Of a DNA stretch of 64,000 nucleotides, positions 1 to 15,454 are shown in pieces (within the stretch, counting starts at the first letter, position 1; every line of letters begins with the position of its first letter). The stretch spans positions 16,244,001-16,308,000 of the forward strand of contig NC_088861.1 in assembly GCF_963853765.1 (NCBI RefSeq). The letters are read 5' to 3'. The notes beneath the pieces were generated by a model. It was not told the origin of the DNA and ran no database searches. It saw only the letters and a program-made list of their open reading frames with translations. This DNA is from Magallana gigas (lineage: Eukaryota). The translations under genes and the position numbers were made by a program.

Positions 1-1445
1 GAACAGAATGACAAAGAAATTGAGAGAGTTCGTAAAATGAGGGTAAAAAACAAATCGCAGTCATTTTGCCAACAAACAAAAGCATGTGAAAATTTCATCA
101 AAACAAGAGGATACATTATGGATTCGTTAACAGATGAGGAGAGGAATTTTCCGATTGCATACAGCATTCTTGTTTATAAAAGCCCAGAACAGTTTGAAAT
201 TCTTCTGAGGTCAATTTACCGTCCACAAAATATGTACTGTGTTCACGTAGATAGAAAAACAGTTGAATACGTCTTCAATGAATTTTTCTGCATCGTACGA
301 TGCTTTCCCAATGTGAAGATGGTGTCCAAAAGAATTGAAGTGAATTGGGGAAAAATAAGTGTTTTATTACCAGACATCACATGCATGAAAGACCTTTTAT
401 CAATTCCTAAATGGAAATATTTCATTAACTTAACTGGACAGGAATTTCCCCTTCGTACAAATTATGAACTGGTAAAAATATTGCAAATTTTTAACGGTTC
501 AAACGATGGAGAAGGCACCATCAAAAGGTTTGCAGAATTTTTATAATATGTACATGAAATTACATGAAACAAATTTCGACTAGGGACAATGAAATAATGA
601 CTATATAACACCTTTCATTTACAAAAAGTCCCCATACAATCACAATCTTTAATAGTAATTCACCCATTAAATCATTTGCTCCAATTCGACATTCATCAAA
701 TTAGGGCAAACAAGGAAAGATGGAATATTACTGAGAAACCTCCTCATACTATCCAGCCAGTCAAAGGCTCTGTCCACGTGACTTTAAACAGAAAAGTTGT
801 GGAATACGTCATCAATCATGATGTAGCTGCCGATTTTCTTACATGGGTGAACAAAACAAGTATTCCAGATGAGACGTTCTTTGCAAGTTTGATTCATAAT
901 CCTCAGCTGGGAATTCCGGGAAGTTTTAAAGGTAATAAAATAAGGCTATTACTCAGAATACACTGGCCTTGTGGCATTTTTTAATTTTAGCAATAAATAC
1001 TAGTCAAAATGCATATGTTTATTGCTTAATTTGTTAAAATTAAAATATGCCAGATCTACAAGGACAGTTATTCATTTTTAGACAATACACCTATTTTATA
1101 TTTACAACTAAGTGTAGGATTTGCTTTGTAGGAGATCTGGAAACAGATGTTGGCGTAAGAAAGCCTTTTCTATCACGATTTGTAAACTGGGAGGGTTTAT
1201 CAAATCATCGGCAGTGTCATGGTAAATATGTTCGTTCAGTCTGTGTGTTTGGAGTCGGGGATCTTTCTCTATTGGCTCGACGACCAGAGTTCTTTACCAA
1301 TAAATTCCACACAGAATACCAGGAAGCCGCTTTGCTTTGTATGGATCAGTTAATATACAACAGAACCAGAGATGAGTATTATCAACGGTTAGGATTTGAT
1401 TTACAGTATTATGAAAAACTACCACATATCAGGAACATCATATAG
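1..1445 (+). CDS. GCNT-like: Beta-1,6-N-acetylglucosaminyltransferase (core-2/I-branching, GT14), copy 1, 5'-truncated by window edge
   Basis: Exons <1-527, 705-931, 1132-1445 with GT/AG and consistent phases (2, 1). Motifs FPIAYSILVYK, YCVHVD, KYFINLTGQEFPLRTN, IPDETFF (catalytic Glu-type), NKFH. AATAAA at ~1529. Confidence 0.93.
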
Positions 1446-3403
1446 ACGTTTGAAAATGTGATAAAAAGTATTTGGACGGTTTTTTGTATTTTGTAAATTG
1501 TTACTGATGACAATGATGGAATGTGTATAATAAAATATTTAACGACACGATTGTAATCTTTGCAGTCTCATAAAGTCAACCTATAGGGGTTAATATTATA
1601 TATAACCATTTTTATCAACACACTTTTGTGTGTATGTTTTTAACCGACAATAATTTTTATGACCGTAATGTGGAAATGAAATCATATTTCATAAAACTTG
1701 ACAATCCGATTTAAATCAGATCCTCGATCCGCTCCTTGTTTTTCTACTGTCGCTACACGAGGATATCATTGTTCGTATCATACGAGTTTTACTGTATGCT
1801 TAATCTGATATCAAATGGGCGACGGCTGCGGACATGGTTTTCTATTTAAAAAAAAACCGGCAGAATTTGTCCTTCTGCTCTGAAAAAAATTGAGTAAAAT
1901 ACGGGAAAATATTTTTTCTGACGTCAAAAACATAAATAAACCCAAGAGAAATGAATACATTAGTAAATAGATTAAAAAAAATATAATATAATTTTACTTG
2001 TTGATTGCACTCTAAGGAAAGTACGGTACATGAAACTCAATTTAAAGTAAATATAAAAAGCGGAAGATTCAATTCATCGCCCATCTGCTATTATTGTCAA
2101 GACATTTTAATTGATAATTTTCCAGATTACATAAGGTAAAGATCTAAGCTAGTTAGTGAGTTTCGACCGTTTCATTCGTCCTACATCAGTGATGACATCA
2201 TAATTGATTTAAGGTATCTTTCCTCCCCTTGTTGGCATTAAACATTTTTGGGTTTATCTTTCCTCAAATATTTTGGCAGCATGGCATGTTAATATGCGGA
2301 AAATTAAACACGTTTTCATGAGTTTCTATTTATAATAAGAAAGAAAATACGTTATTCATTTCATATTTATAACGTTGTAGTAAAAAACAACTATGCATAT
2401 AAGCTGCTTTCTTTTGTAGACACTTTTGATATATCATTGATCGTTAAGACGCACATGAATGAAAAAGGAAACTTGCAAGAAAATTGCATTAAACGCATGC
2501 TAACACATTATGAGCAAATTGTTTGATGGAATTAATATAAAAAATATATCTGTGTGTTACTTGATTCCTTTTAAATAAATGTTTTACTTCATAATGCTTG
2601 GAAATATTTTACAGAAACTTTTATTAAAATCCCATAGCATAATGAAACTAAGTGAAATCCAATAATGAAGCCGAAAATGTGTTCACCAACTCAATCCATC
2701 CGTAGATACGCAATTTTGGAGACATTGTAACCTTTGAAATATATAGATTTGCAATGTTTATAAAAATAAGATATGGCTATACGAAGTAAGTGATAAAATG
2801 ATAAACTTATATTCAGACAACAATAGAATTACATCAGAAAAGAAACCCAGATAACATAGAGTGACATGTGCAGATCATAATTAAAAAGAGATGCACCGTA
2901 GAGAGTCGACATACATCATTTATTTCATGTCCTTCCGTTATAGTTAGAAACAAAAAAAATTAAAGGTTTATACCACGCCATACCCATATTCAAGTGGAAG
3001 AAAAAACTATAATAAAGAAAAGCTTTTCAATTCTCATTTTGTTTTTTATGCACTACGTAATGAGTTTCAAAAAGTGATGTTAAGGATTTATATTTCATAA
3101 TACTAGTGTGTGCCTACCTGGGTAATAGGACCCCACTTTGTAAAATTTTAATTTTACGTTTTTTTTTACTTAATCATTACAAGTGTTGCAGAAACACAGT
3201 TTTGCCAACTTGTCGATAGTCATCGAATATTACGCAACGCGTCAGAAAGCTTTAAATAAAATAATCGGTATATTGAGAAACAATCCAAACAACGGAAGCT
3301 ATACATCTATTTATGGTCCAGTAAAAGAAAACAGGTTCGACTTCGTGATGATTTTCAAAGAAATAATATTCTTAAAAAAAGAATCATTTTTTGAAATGTA
3401 TTA

Positions 3404-3619
3404 CTGTGAAATCATAAGATTTCGTGGTGGCTCAGTTTTCTTGGAATTCGTGGATACTTTTCCACCACGAATTACCATCCTCCACGAATTAATAAATTAG
3501 AGTTATAAAGTCATATTTCCTTTTATGAATATGAGAATACACGAAATTACGTCCCAATGTACAAGTAAAATTTAAGCAATCCAGGACAATTGACCCCACG
3601 ATTTTTAATGATTCCACAG
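3404..3619. mobile_element. 216-bp TA-flanked MITE
   Basis: TA-CTGTGAAATCAT ... ATGATTCCACAG-TA terminal inverted repeats with TA duplication; family not assignable. Confidence 0.75.
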
Positions 3620-4049
3620 TATTTATTTGTTGCTCTTCAACGCCATACAACACTAACATGTTTAAAGAGGTAGGCTTTAATATTAGATTTACTAGACTGA
3701 AATAGCAAACACCAAATGAAATTGATAAGGGTATTCAATCAAAATAGTATTATTTGAACCAACAGCAAAAATACTACTTTTTTGAGGCATGAGTAAAGTT
3801 TGATACGTCTTTAGCCCCTTTGTAAAATAGACTATTAACATCGACTGTCGAAGCTTTCCAGTAAATGCTGCAAGGCGACTTGGGGACTGAGAGAGGAATG
3901 CCTGTTCATACGTTGACTGTAGTTTTGAACTGTATAAAATAGCTTTTAAGAAATCGATCGAGTTTTTGAAATGAATATTACAAATGAATTTCTTCACTCA
4001 TTGTGATATTATGAGAAGTTCATGACAAAATGAGGACCAGAGAAACTTA

Positions 4050-4977
4050 CTGTAAAACGAGAAATTATGGCGCACTACAAATTTTAGCGCCTTTGGCGCA
4101 ACTGCCTCTGAGCGCTAAAATTAATAGTGCGCCAACGATTTTCCATTTGTATTAAATTTCTTCAAGTTGCAAAACAATAACGTCAGTCCATTTCTAAGGC
4201 TATATAGAAGTGTTCATTTAAATATCAGATGCTGTCGGTTCTGTTTGTTTAAACAATTACAAAGGTAAACGGTATGGGTTATCGGGTATAAGTGCCTAAA
4301 CATGGATTAATTAATTCAGTTTTAATTGCTTTTTCATATCTCTCATTAGCACCTGGAAAATTTGGCTTCTCCCCATGCCACTTCCATTTAGCGCCTCGAG
4401 GTGAAAATGTGATTAATCGTGGCGATCGTTAACGCTGACAATACATAATTGATCATAATTTCTTTGTTCTCTGATTAGTGGATATAAAGATAACAAGACG
4501 ATACCTATTTTTTTTAATGTAAAATTACTGTGAAAAAGATTCTCTCATGGTGATCGAAACTCATGGTAAATGTAGCATTCGATTTCACTTTTAGTTTCGG
4601 GACTCTTCTAGTGTTATCCAAGTCGACACGTTAAATTCAAAGTCCGATAACTCAAATTTGTTTACCAACAAAAATTACACATCATCGCCAATAAATGAAG
4701 TTTTCATATCTATTTACTGACGATTTACACAAAAGTAAGTGCATTGTTCTCAACGACAGTTTACCGTGCATGCGAGATAGAAATCAAGGTCGTTGTGTTC
4801 ACGTGCTTGAGTGAACACAAAACTAAATATTGGGCGTGCACATCGTTTATCAAACCACAACATTTTTTGTATTCTTTTTTAAAGAAAAGATGCATGCGCT
4901 AAAATATAATTGCGCTAATGTACTGGCACTTGTGTTTGCGCTAAAATACGTATGCGCCAAATTTTCTCGTTTTACAG
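4050..4977. mobile_element. 928-bp TA-flanked non-autonomous DNA transposon
   Basis: TIR CTGTAAAACGAGAAA(TTA/ATT)TGGCGCA at both ends; TA at 4048-4049 and 4978-4979; no ORF. Confidence 0.85.
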
Positions 4978-6423
4978 TATATGTTTTAATTTTAAATGAC
5001 TACTAATAAATGTCTAAAACATGTTTTGACAACATTATTAGAGCATATTTATCCAGAACCATGAAACAACAGAGTACACAAAGTAATTCATATCCCATAC
5101 ATAAAGTTTGAATTTTGAATTCAAATATGGTTTCCTTTTTTTAAGAAAAAATGACGAAAACACAAGTTGCCAAGATAAGCAAATAAAAAATTAACTTTTT
5201 AAGTTCCACGATTTGTATTATGCAAAATATGTCGGTACAAGTGTGGAAGTATGTACAGTATTTCACAGTGAGGAAAAAACCAATTTACAGGAAAGGGTAC
5301 ATTTGTAAACTGTTGACCATTTTAATCAACAAAAATGGTGAAAAGAAGAGTTTATTGCAAATAAAAAATCTAACACAATGACAGAAGGGGCATTGTAGTG
5401 GATATTACGACAAAGTACTTATTTGTATCTGATGTCTGGTTAAGATGTATGCACTTCTCACAAAAAGCGGCATGTACTGCTTGAACCAAGGATTATTTGC
5501 AGTGACTGAGATAAGATAAAACACTAGTGCCGTTCACAACATGCATGCACTACAACAATTGATAAACAGATCTTGAATCGCAATATGCTTGCACTACAAC
5601 AATTGATAAAACGACATTGAATATCACGATTATAAATTTATGACTTTTATACTACTATAACAAATCTTTAAAAAGATAGTAATGCAACGAAGTTGATACG
5701 TTAAATCACATCTCTAATCGTAAAACGTTCACAGTTTTAAAACTTGCTTAGAAATGATGCCTCAAATAAGAAAGCAATAAAAGGATTCTATACGCTTAGT
5801 AAATTATCATTTAATGCTTAAGTTTTCTTTTTGACCTGAATTTTCTTTTGCTAGGGTTGTATATTACGCTTTCGAACACTTTTATAATGATCATGTCATA
5901 GATATAAAAATCATTAACATGTACAGCGTAACTCTTTGTTCTACAAACATTATCAGGTATATCCATAAGTTTCCTTTATTAATAACTGAAATGCCTGTCT
6001 TTAAATGACACAATTTGATTCACAATCATAAACTTAAACATTAGGTTGAGTCGCCCAAAAATTAAATGTAACCACAAACAATAGAACACGTTACAGAACT
6101 ATTGTCTGCTTAGAGTGAAACCTAAAACACCAACGTTGATATTTTTCAGCACCTACGCTTGTTATAAATGTTTTCTTCTTTTTTCATATAAAATGTTGAA
6201 TAAGGTAGTTTGTCGACAAAATGAGCTTTACTTTTCCGATTATAGACTATGTTCTCAATGCACCCAGTAACCTTATTCCAATGCAGATATGAGTGCATTT
6301 AAGGACATCATTTATAAAATATTAGATGGGTTCAGATAAGATAAATCCAGACTAAGTTATGCAGTCACGTAATATTGCGTTTTTACAAAAAAAAGAAAAC
6401 ACTGGAAGTTAATATTTCAAACA

Positions 6424-8220
6424 ATGAATTTGAAGGATTTGCAACTTACAAACAAAACAATGTGGATATTTTATGTGCTATTAGGTATCTGTATTATCAT
6501 GTTCACAATGTTGATGAACAATTCTTGCTCAGAAAAAAGAAACGGAATTCAATCGGTTATTACTTGGACGAGCCAAAACGCTACAGACGAACCGGAGAAA
6601 GGTGCAACTAAAGATCGATTTTTGCGAAGGATAATCAAGGTTTTCGATAATGGACCACGATTTGATTATTCCTTTTCACCTTTGTATCAAAACAAGTCAT
6701 CAAAAATCATCGAAAGAAATACTCGACATCAAAACTTTGACACAGACAGACATTTATCAAATGTGGATTGTAGTTCGCTGTTTCAACAAAATTTGAAAGA
6801 AATTGAGAGAGTTCGTAACCTGAATACTACAAGCAAATCACCTACGTTTTGCAATCAAACAATCGAGTGTAACAGTTTCATTTTATCAAGAGGATATATA
6901 ATGGATTCTTTAACCGACGAGGAAAGAGATTTCCCAATTGCATATAGTATTCTTGTTTACGAAAGTCCAGAACAATTTGAAATTCTTCTGAGAGCCATAT
7001 ACCGCCCACAAAATGCTTACTGTGTTCACGTTGACAGAAAAACCACCGAAAACGTGTTTAATGAATTCTCATGCATTGCACAATGCTTTCCAAATGTGAA
7101 GTTGGCATCTAAAAGAATTGAGGTGGAATGGGGGAAAATAGGAATAGTACTAGCGGAACTCTCGTGCATGAAAGATCTTTTATCATTTTCAAAATGGAAA
7201 TATTTCATTAACTTAACTGGTCGGGAGTTTCCACTGCGAACAAATTATGAATTAGTGAAAATTTTAAAAATTTATAATGGTTCCAACGATGGGGAAGGCA
7301 CAATCAAAAGGTTTGTAATCTTCTCAAACAAGAACTGTTAATTAAAAATAATTCAATGTCAAAGCATGGAGTTATCTTTTTTTCAAAGGGCTAACAAAGA
7401 CAGATGGAAAATTGGAGAAAAGCCTCCCCATAATATTCATCCAGTAAAGGGATCAGTTCACGTCACACTTAATAGAAAGTTTGTGGAATACCTCGTCAAC
7501 AATAGTGTAGCTGCTGATTTTCTAACTTGGGTAAACAGAACAAAAATTCCAGATGAGACATACTTCGCCACACTAATTCACAATCCTAATCTTGGAATTC
7601 CAGGAAGTTTTAAAGGTAAGAGAAACTAAAGAGAAAAGTAAAACAATAATTCAATTCAATACAATTCAGTAAAAAAAGCTATTGGCATTGTCTAGGTCAC
7701 TTTATATTTTTTATATATTGTGGTTAAAATGTACGCATTACAAACCTTGACAAACCTTGAATTTTTTTTTTTATCCAAAACTCAAAACTTCATTACTGAT
7801 TTTACTGATGTCAATATGAAATAGATACACAAATTTTAAAACATCAACTTCATAGTAGTATCAGGTTTTCATGAGAAGGATACTAATGTACAAGTTATTT
7901 TTACAGGAGATCTGGAAACAGATTATGGTGTACAAAAACCTTTTCTATCTCGGTTTAAAAACTGGGAAACCTCACCCAACTCTTTACCATGTAATGGTAA
8001 ATACGTTAGAACGATCTGTATTTTTGGAGTTGGAGATCTCCCTCTTCTTGCTCGTCGACCTGAGTTCTTTGCCAATAAATTTCATCTCGATTACCAAAGA
8101 GAATCTTTACTTTGTATGGATGAACTTATTTTTAACAGGACAAGGGATGAATATTACCAACGACTGCATTTTGATACAGAGTATTATAAAAACTTAAAAC
8201 ATATCCGAAACATTGTATAA
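6424..8220 (+). CDS. GCNT-like: GCNT-like beta-1,6-GlcNAc-transferase, copy 2, complete (475 aa, type II membrane)
   Basis: Exons 6424-7310, 7389-7615, 7907-8220 (1428 nt, in frame). N-terminal TM MWIFYVLLGICIIMFTMLM; same motifs and intron positions as copy 1; exon 2 is 227 nt as in the other copies. Confidence 0.93.
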
Positions 8221-10734
8221 ATGCATTTACATGTTTGAAGACCTATTTGATAAATAAAAAATAGTGTTTTATGCATAAATGCTTTTTTGTGGTATGTGTT
8301 TTTTTTTCTCTAAAACTGGCCATTATAGTCAGAAGGTTCCATCCCTGGAATCGCAGACAAGCATCGTTTGTAATATCATTCAATTTCTATACACAGTCGC
8401 ACAACTTAATGTCCATTTAGGACAAATTAAGGTAAAAAGCCTCTTAACTTTCTTAAAAAAGACAATCAAAGGTTTCCAATTGTCATCAAATCATTTTCAC
8501 CCCCCCCCCCCCGGTTGTTATTTACTTTGAATTACGACAGAAATTTATTCGCAAGGCCATTTTGCATTGACATGCAGATGCACAATATACATGTACAAGT
8601 ATGTACAATTTGCTTTCCTGTGGGCTAAGAGGACACGTTCCAGTCGCTGGTGGCCCTTGTCGATGATAATCTGGTTACATGTAACCTCTTTAATCTATAA
8701 AGCTGCTTATGAATTTGTGAAAACGTCTTTATACTTTATATATTTAGTAATTAAAATAGTAAATGGGTTATGTGGGGGTTAAAATCCGTGTTTTGTATTA
8801 ATAAATTGTCACACATCAATAACGTTTTTATTATATACACTGTATGGGCAAGAACATTTTTTTCACCATTATTTTTGAGAAATCAGAATAACTAAAAATA
8901 TTGCGATTAAACAGCATTTTTTAAACGTTTTAATGAGCAAAGTAGAAATAAGAGAATATTTCTTAACTGAGAACAGTTCTGAAGTCGAAATTATCATTAT
9001 ATAGTTTTACATGTTCATTTTTTGTATTGTTCAAGATATTATTAAAAAACATATCATTTCATATCTCTCCTGTGTTTCTAAATTTGCATTCATTTTAATT
9101 ACAACGACGCAATTCTAGGGAAAAATAGTGTTTGTAGAACTGTCTTTTGTAAATTAAAATTGATAGACGGTTGAACATGTACAGAAATTCATTATAAGAC
9201 TAGAATGGGTTAATTTGAGATTTGTTTATTTTTTTCCTATAGGAGACTGTATGCATATTTAAACAAAACTCCCTACATCATTCATAACTTTTGATATAAT
9301 TTCACTCGTCTAAAAATCATATTGAAAACTTTCAACAAATTATATAAAGTAAGTTTGCAGTACATGTATAACAACTGTCAATCTTAGGTCTTATAACGTG
9401 TCTTTCAAATGCTAGACATTAATGTGATATGCATAGGGATTAGAATAAGCGGTGGTTTTCGGAGAATTCGAGCCATCATTGTGGGTTGGGAAAATAAATT
9501 GTCATCCGCTTATCTTTATTGATGGTTGTAGTTTTACAAGGACACGCATGGAGATCCATTGAATACTGGGGTCAATCAGGAAATAACAAGATGTGCGTTT
9601 CCGCGAAACTATGATAAGCTCAGTCTACCTAGCGCTTTGAAGATTTGCGCTAAGAGAGAGCGTCTGGTTGATTTCTACTTTTTTAATTACATTTTAAAAC
9701 GTATGCAAGAACGAGAGTTATTTTGCTTCGCGTTTTAAATACATTTTTTTAAAAAATACAGGCAAACAATATAAAGGAGAAAATATTTTAATCTGCGTTA
9801 CATTATGAGTATGAGGTTTGTTTATTTGTAATTAGAATCATCAATCAAAGTGTTTTTTTTATTATATTATTTTTTATGCCTTGTGATATTGTTTTTTTTT
9901 TAAATTTTATCTATTTGTTTTGATTTATGGTTATTTTTACCACATCATATTCAATTTGGTCCCCGAAAATTATATAATGTAAAATGTAATTTACTTAAAC
10001 ACAGAACAGAACGCAGAATGAGAATTTTGGTTAATTCGGTTTTCATCAGAGTTGCGGGTTTCCCCCAAAATCTTTAGTTAGTGTAAAGTGAACAGGAATT
10101 GCATTTAATTTCTTTTTATGCTCTTTCAGTTTGTACAGAATCCGCTCACAATTATCGGAAAAATTTGTAGAACACTTTTATGTACATGTAGAACTATTTC
10201 ATTCTAATATTTATTCATAACGACTTAACAATCATATGATATTTCATAAACGCTAGATGACACAAATAGTTGTAAATTCAAATTATAAGGCTGACACTAC
10301 TTTGTTCCTGTGTTTTAGAGAGTATATACTATGTAATACAATTACTCAAAAGTTTTGTTGTCTTTTTTTAATGCTTGCTTCAATTTTGATTCTTATGTGA
10401 ACAATGAATTACGATAAGTGTAATTTAACAACCCTCTTTAAATAGATTTTTGCAAGTTTTTAAACGCATCTTCGTATTCATTTTCCGACGAGATACCTTG
10501 AAAAAAATCACCTGACGACAAAATTAGAATTTCCTTGAATAGCTGTTTCAAAGAAACACAGCAGTAAATATCAACCATATAAAGATATAATTATATGTAG
10601 TTAGTGGTTTATAGATTTTCATAACATGTAAAAATATAAAATGTTTTTTCTCTACCAATATTACTGTGTTATAGATCTCATAACGGTTATTAAAGTCGTT
10701 CAATTAAATTAGAAAATATGAAAATAAGACGTGT

Positions 10735-10737
<3 letters not shown>

Positions 10738-10795
<58 letters not shown>

Positions 10796-10818
10796 GGAGA
10801 GAGAGAGAGAGAGAGAGA
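10738..10818. repeat. (GA)n microsatellite, ~40 units with one interruption
   Basis: Directly visible; GAC interruption near 10793-10796. Confidence 0.97.
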
Positions 10819-13800
10819 TTATCCTGCTCGAAGAACCCAGAAAGTAACAAATTAATATACATTTATTTTCATCAAATTTAAAAGTCAAAAACAAAATTGT
10901 TTTAGAATTATATAGTTTGTCTTCTAGACATTTAAAGGTAAGGAAGATTTTGAAAAAAAAGTTTAGGGCACTTTAAATCTTTTTCCTTAGCAATTAGTAA
11001 CAGCTGCAGTTAATAACTTTACACTAAGTTTTTTTTAACCACGGATTGCACATCAAAAATAGCTGCAAAAAGGAATATAAAGGTTTGCAACGGACAAATT
11101 GTGGAGGCGGAATAAAATATACAGTAATAGGTTGGCTGATGCACTACATACATCAGATTTTAATCTATATTTGCATCATTTTCCTAGGACAATAAAGGAT
11201 TGTCTCCTTTGATGATTGCCAATGTATTGTTAGATGGTTAGACATCAATAAATCTCAAATTATCCAAAAACCAATATAGATGAAAAATAAGATAAGGAAA
11301 AAAGATGCATTGCTGATTTATCTATAACTGACTTATCAAAAAGGGAGAAACCTACAATTATTTGAATTAATTGAACATATCTTCTTATCGAACACATTCG
11401 CAATGCTAATCATTAATACTGGTATATCAAACGACGGCACGGTGCGTTGATATTAAGTCCTTGGAAAACCGATAACTTCAAAAGTTTGAATTTAAATAGT
11501 CAGCGAATAGTTGACCGATCATCATGTGTTCGGCAAAAGGTAATTTTTTTTACGGTCGGCCGCTACAAAAGCGCCTCGCCGCCGCTTATCAAGCGAAAGA
11601 CGGTAGATGCACAGGGGCCAAGCTCGTTTTAACATTAATTTCAATGTAACCATAAATAAAGAAAGGGGTCGAACTCTGACCCAGATTAAAAAACTACCAG
11701 CTCGCTTCAAAAGCCTAATAAATCAATTATTTTTTATAACACTTGCAATATGCATGTATTTTCCAGAAAAGTAATGTCTAAGATACACTCTTGCCGAATT
11801 TCAAGTTGATGGGTCTTAAAATAGCGGAGATATACGTCATTATTTTCTTGAAGTCGCCATTTTATTTTTACTCGGACATATACCGGTCCAGGGCTCACGA
11901 TGGGATTATGCCTAGTATGACAACAGCAGTATTGCAACAAGTCGAGAAACATTCGCACTAATCTTTTAAAATCTCACATCAAACGCACGCTACTTACATC
12001 CTTAAATTCCGAAAAAATTTCTTAAATACTCTCCAAACTGAACTTTTATTGTGCAGCCACATCAACTTCTAACCAGACCGGCCATTTTGACGTCTTCGAG
12101 AAAGACTGATTCTGATTAAACCATCAGGAATATTAACCAATGAAATTGAGTTTAACATTTTCTATCACAATGGCTGGTCTGCATGCCGTTGAAAACGTCG
12201 GCGGGGTTTAATCGGGACAGACAGACTTTACTTGTCACATTGAATAAGTTTAATTTAATAATCCAACGTAGAAAACGTGTTTTTAATTTAGATATAACTT
12301 TGGCAGATCCATTATAACCTTAGAATTATTATAACTCTTCAGATGTAGAAACATCAAATGTAATGACAGTATATCCAGAGCTGAATGTACCTAGTGCTAA
12401 ACTTTAAGGTATTATTCGATGTGTAACGACCACATTTTGTACCTAATAAATGAATGGTCCGATACTCTTAATCATGATATCATTTTGACAGCGTTATCAA
12501 ATAAAAACACTCCACCAAAGGAATTTTCAAAAGTTTGATTATGATCCAACTAATTACACCTTGAATTTTGCATTAACGTCTATGCACAACATATGTTTTA
12601 TTAAGATATTGTAAAAAGTAACTTAAAATTCGTAGAACTTTCTTGGTAAATACATGCATAAACTTTCTCTTTATTAATCTATGAAAGAAAATGAATCACT
12701 TACCGCAGATATTTTGACGAAATTAAAATTTTCTTTTTTTGTCAAGGGGGAGATAACTCATTGAAAAATTTTGAAGTGCAAAATGACCGGCTTTTTATAT
12801 GTTGTCAGTCATGTGAATTTGGTTTATTTCACTTTCATTGTTATCTTGCAATACATATTTAACTAGTTTAAAATGATTCAAAATTGTTCAATATCCCTTC
12901 ATTATGCATTGAATACCTTAAGACAAGAACAGTCAAGATGGGTTAGAAAAATTAAACATCCAGTTATCTAGCTGTTTACTTTGAAACAGACGTCACGCAG
13001 ATTTTATTGTAAGGTCAAAATATTTCATTTTCATTTATTTTTGTATTATATAGTATGTGTGTTGTTTTTTTTTATTGTGATAGAATGAATAATAAAATGC
13101 AACTACCCAAATACCAGGCACATCGAAATGTTTTAACGAATTATTCACCGTAATAAGTTCTACTTTTAAACTTCATTAGAGAAAGCCTGTGTCCTACTAG
13201 CTAGGTGTTCGAATTATTCCTGTGATACAGTGGTTTCCCAGAACTAACAGTATCTTAAATCAAACACATATTTACGATTTACTTCCATAAGTACAAGCAG
13301 GCACTTAAAGCAGGCTATCGGGCTATAGACGCAAATACCAGGCAGTGAACTGTAGGTGGCAGGGGACAGTTTTTGTTATGCATGAAATTGTGGGGTGGGG
13401 GTACCCCCCATTTAGCACTATGTTGCGGGAAAAATATAATCTGCACCTGGATCAAAATGACTTGTAACTACCTGTTAGGCTTAAGGAAGGACATTAAAGT
13501 TAAAAATTTACACTAAATGACACCAATATCTTTTTCTGGTTAAATAAAATGTCTAATTAACCACCCTGTGTAATGTCAAAATTTTACCCATTTTGACCCA
13601 TTTAGACCCCACCCTAACGTATTCCCTGCAGAGAGATGACCCCTGCGACAGAGTGTAACCTGTAGTCTAACATGTCCCTTCCCTGCCAGTCTGTACCGCC
13701 CCACCTCAGTTTCACACTATTTCACTTACCGTCTGCCCTACTTTCTTCTTGCATGAAAAGTGAGAACACCTGCCAACAGCCGCCTTTTCGCATCTGACTC

Positions 13801-14275
13801 CCAAGCACCCCCTATAACACTATGGGACCTACACGCTTTACATAAATATACAGGAATGACTCCCTGTTACCATAAAATGATCACCTACAATCAATTCACT
13901 AATTTTCATAGTACATACAGGCCTTTAAATACAGTAACACATTTTTACTAAAATATTGAAGGGTACTTTATGCGAAACTGCCCCTTGCTACCTGTAGCTG
14001 CAACCCTTCCTCTGTTTACTGTCCTGAAAAAAAAATACATATTTAAGGACCAGAAACAAAATAAAGTAGTAAAACAAAATTGTAATTTCTTTTTATTTTC
14101 AATGTTCACATTTTTAGTATTATAAGTTTAGTTTAACAGAGATATATTACATTTATAGTTAAAATTTTTACTGTCGATAATTTATTTTCAGTATATCTCA
14201 TATTTATATAGAGATTATAAATGTCTAAATGTTCTTTAATTACAGGAATTGCATCTTGACTGCGTCCTCAGTGAT

Positions 14276-15454
14276 CCCGTTTCACCCCAAAAATTTTTAA
14301 AACGCCTAGGTGCTTATACACGCAGAAGGGTATCCTACAGCGTAGCAACAGCACAGCGGTATCTTCATTTGTCGCGGTGGGATTGCAAAAATGCCATGCG
14401 ACGGCGCGCACTTTGAGCATGCACAAGTACGAGCCTTGGCTCTGCGTTCTGATAAACATGCGATAGAAACAAAGTGAGGTCGCTGTGACAGCGTCGTAAG
14501 GTCTCCAACAGAACCACTATAGCTCCGCTGGCGCTCTCAAGTAACGCACTTAATCGGAGCCTAGATGCAGTACTTAGTCAATTGCGCTTGCACAGAGACC
14601 TCTTTGATGATGTAATTGCCGGGTCTCAAGTGCGCTTTTACTGGCGTACGCATCCGCAGCGTCTGAACCTGTTGTTTATCATTCCCCTAAAGAGCTGTTG
14701 CTGCGATTATCGCACTCTCATGGCGTTTCATCTTTGTTCATTGGCATTTATAACGCACCTCTTCGGTATTTCTAGTGCGATTTTAGCCAGACCACACATC
14801 TGGAACAATGGTTGTTGTACTATAGCAAGCAAACCTGATGTGGATAACCATGTAAAAAGCAACATCTGGGATTTTATCAGGACCTAATCGATCATGTAAT
14901 TCATGGAATGTTTTTTATTACTATCCATTCATGTTTTCTAGCAGCTAACAACGCTTATTTTTTTTAAACACTTCTACCAGAATTTTTGTCTTGTCACATA
15001 TTATTTCAAAAGTGATGTTTCAATAACCTTATCCTTATGTCATTAAAACAAACAAATTTTTTTAAAATTATTTACTTGTTATAAAGTTCAAAATTCTTGT
15101 TGTTTTGCGTTCAAATTAAAATGTATATTCCCATAAGTAAAGAACGTCTTGTGTACGCAGTCAGTGCACTGGACACGACGTGATCGCAAAGTAAAAACTC
15201 TTAGGACGTCATGAACGCTTTGTAATACTCGGCGAGAGTCAATCGCCAAGTAGAACTCGCCGCCCGGGCTCCACAGAAAGGACTAGATCGCCGTCAGTAC
15301 GCCCTGACATATTTACTTGTAAAATTTAAAATAAAAATAATTTAGAATAAAATTGTACAATTTCTCTGAATCCCCCCCGCCATACTTCGGCGAGGTTAGG
15401 AATTTTAAAACGCCGTGACCACTACGTGGGTACGCAACTTGGTGTGAAAGGGCC
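14276..15454. mobile_element. Degenerate PIF/Harbinger-like non-autonomous element
   Basis: Right end GGTGTGAAAGGGCC followed by TTA. Left candidate CCCGTTTCACCCCAA (14276-14290) matches its reverse complement at 12/15. GC-richer interior, no transposase. Confidence 0.45.

Noticed and set aside
3183-3500. 105-aa plus ORF, and similar short ORFs at 3692-3997, 14582-14887, 52303-52889, 58662-59046, 60751-61068
   Set aside because: Mostly alternative starts, no motifs, and most overlap MITE or repeat sequence.
5546-5610. 21-bp direct repeat TGCACTACAACAATTGATAAA with 44-bp period upstream of GCNT copy 2
   Set aside because: Only two copies; consistent with a local slippage duplication, with no evidence of function.
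10709-10894. 61-aa minus ORF rich in SLSLSL
   Set aside because: Translation of the (GA)n microsatellite.
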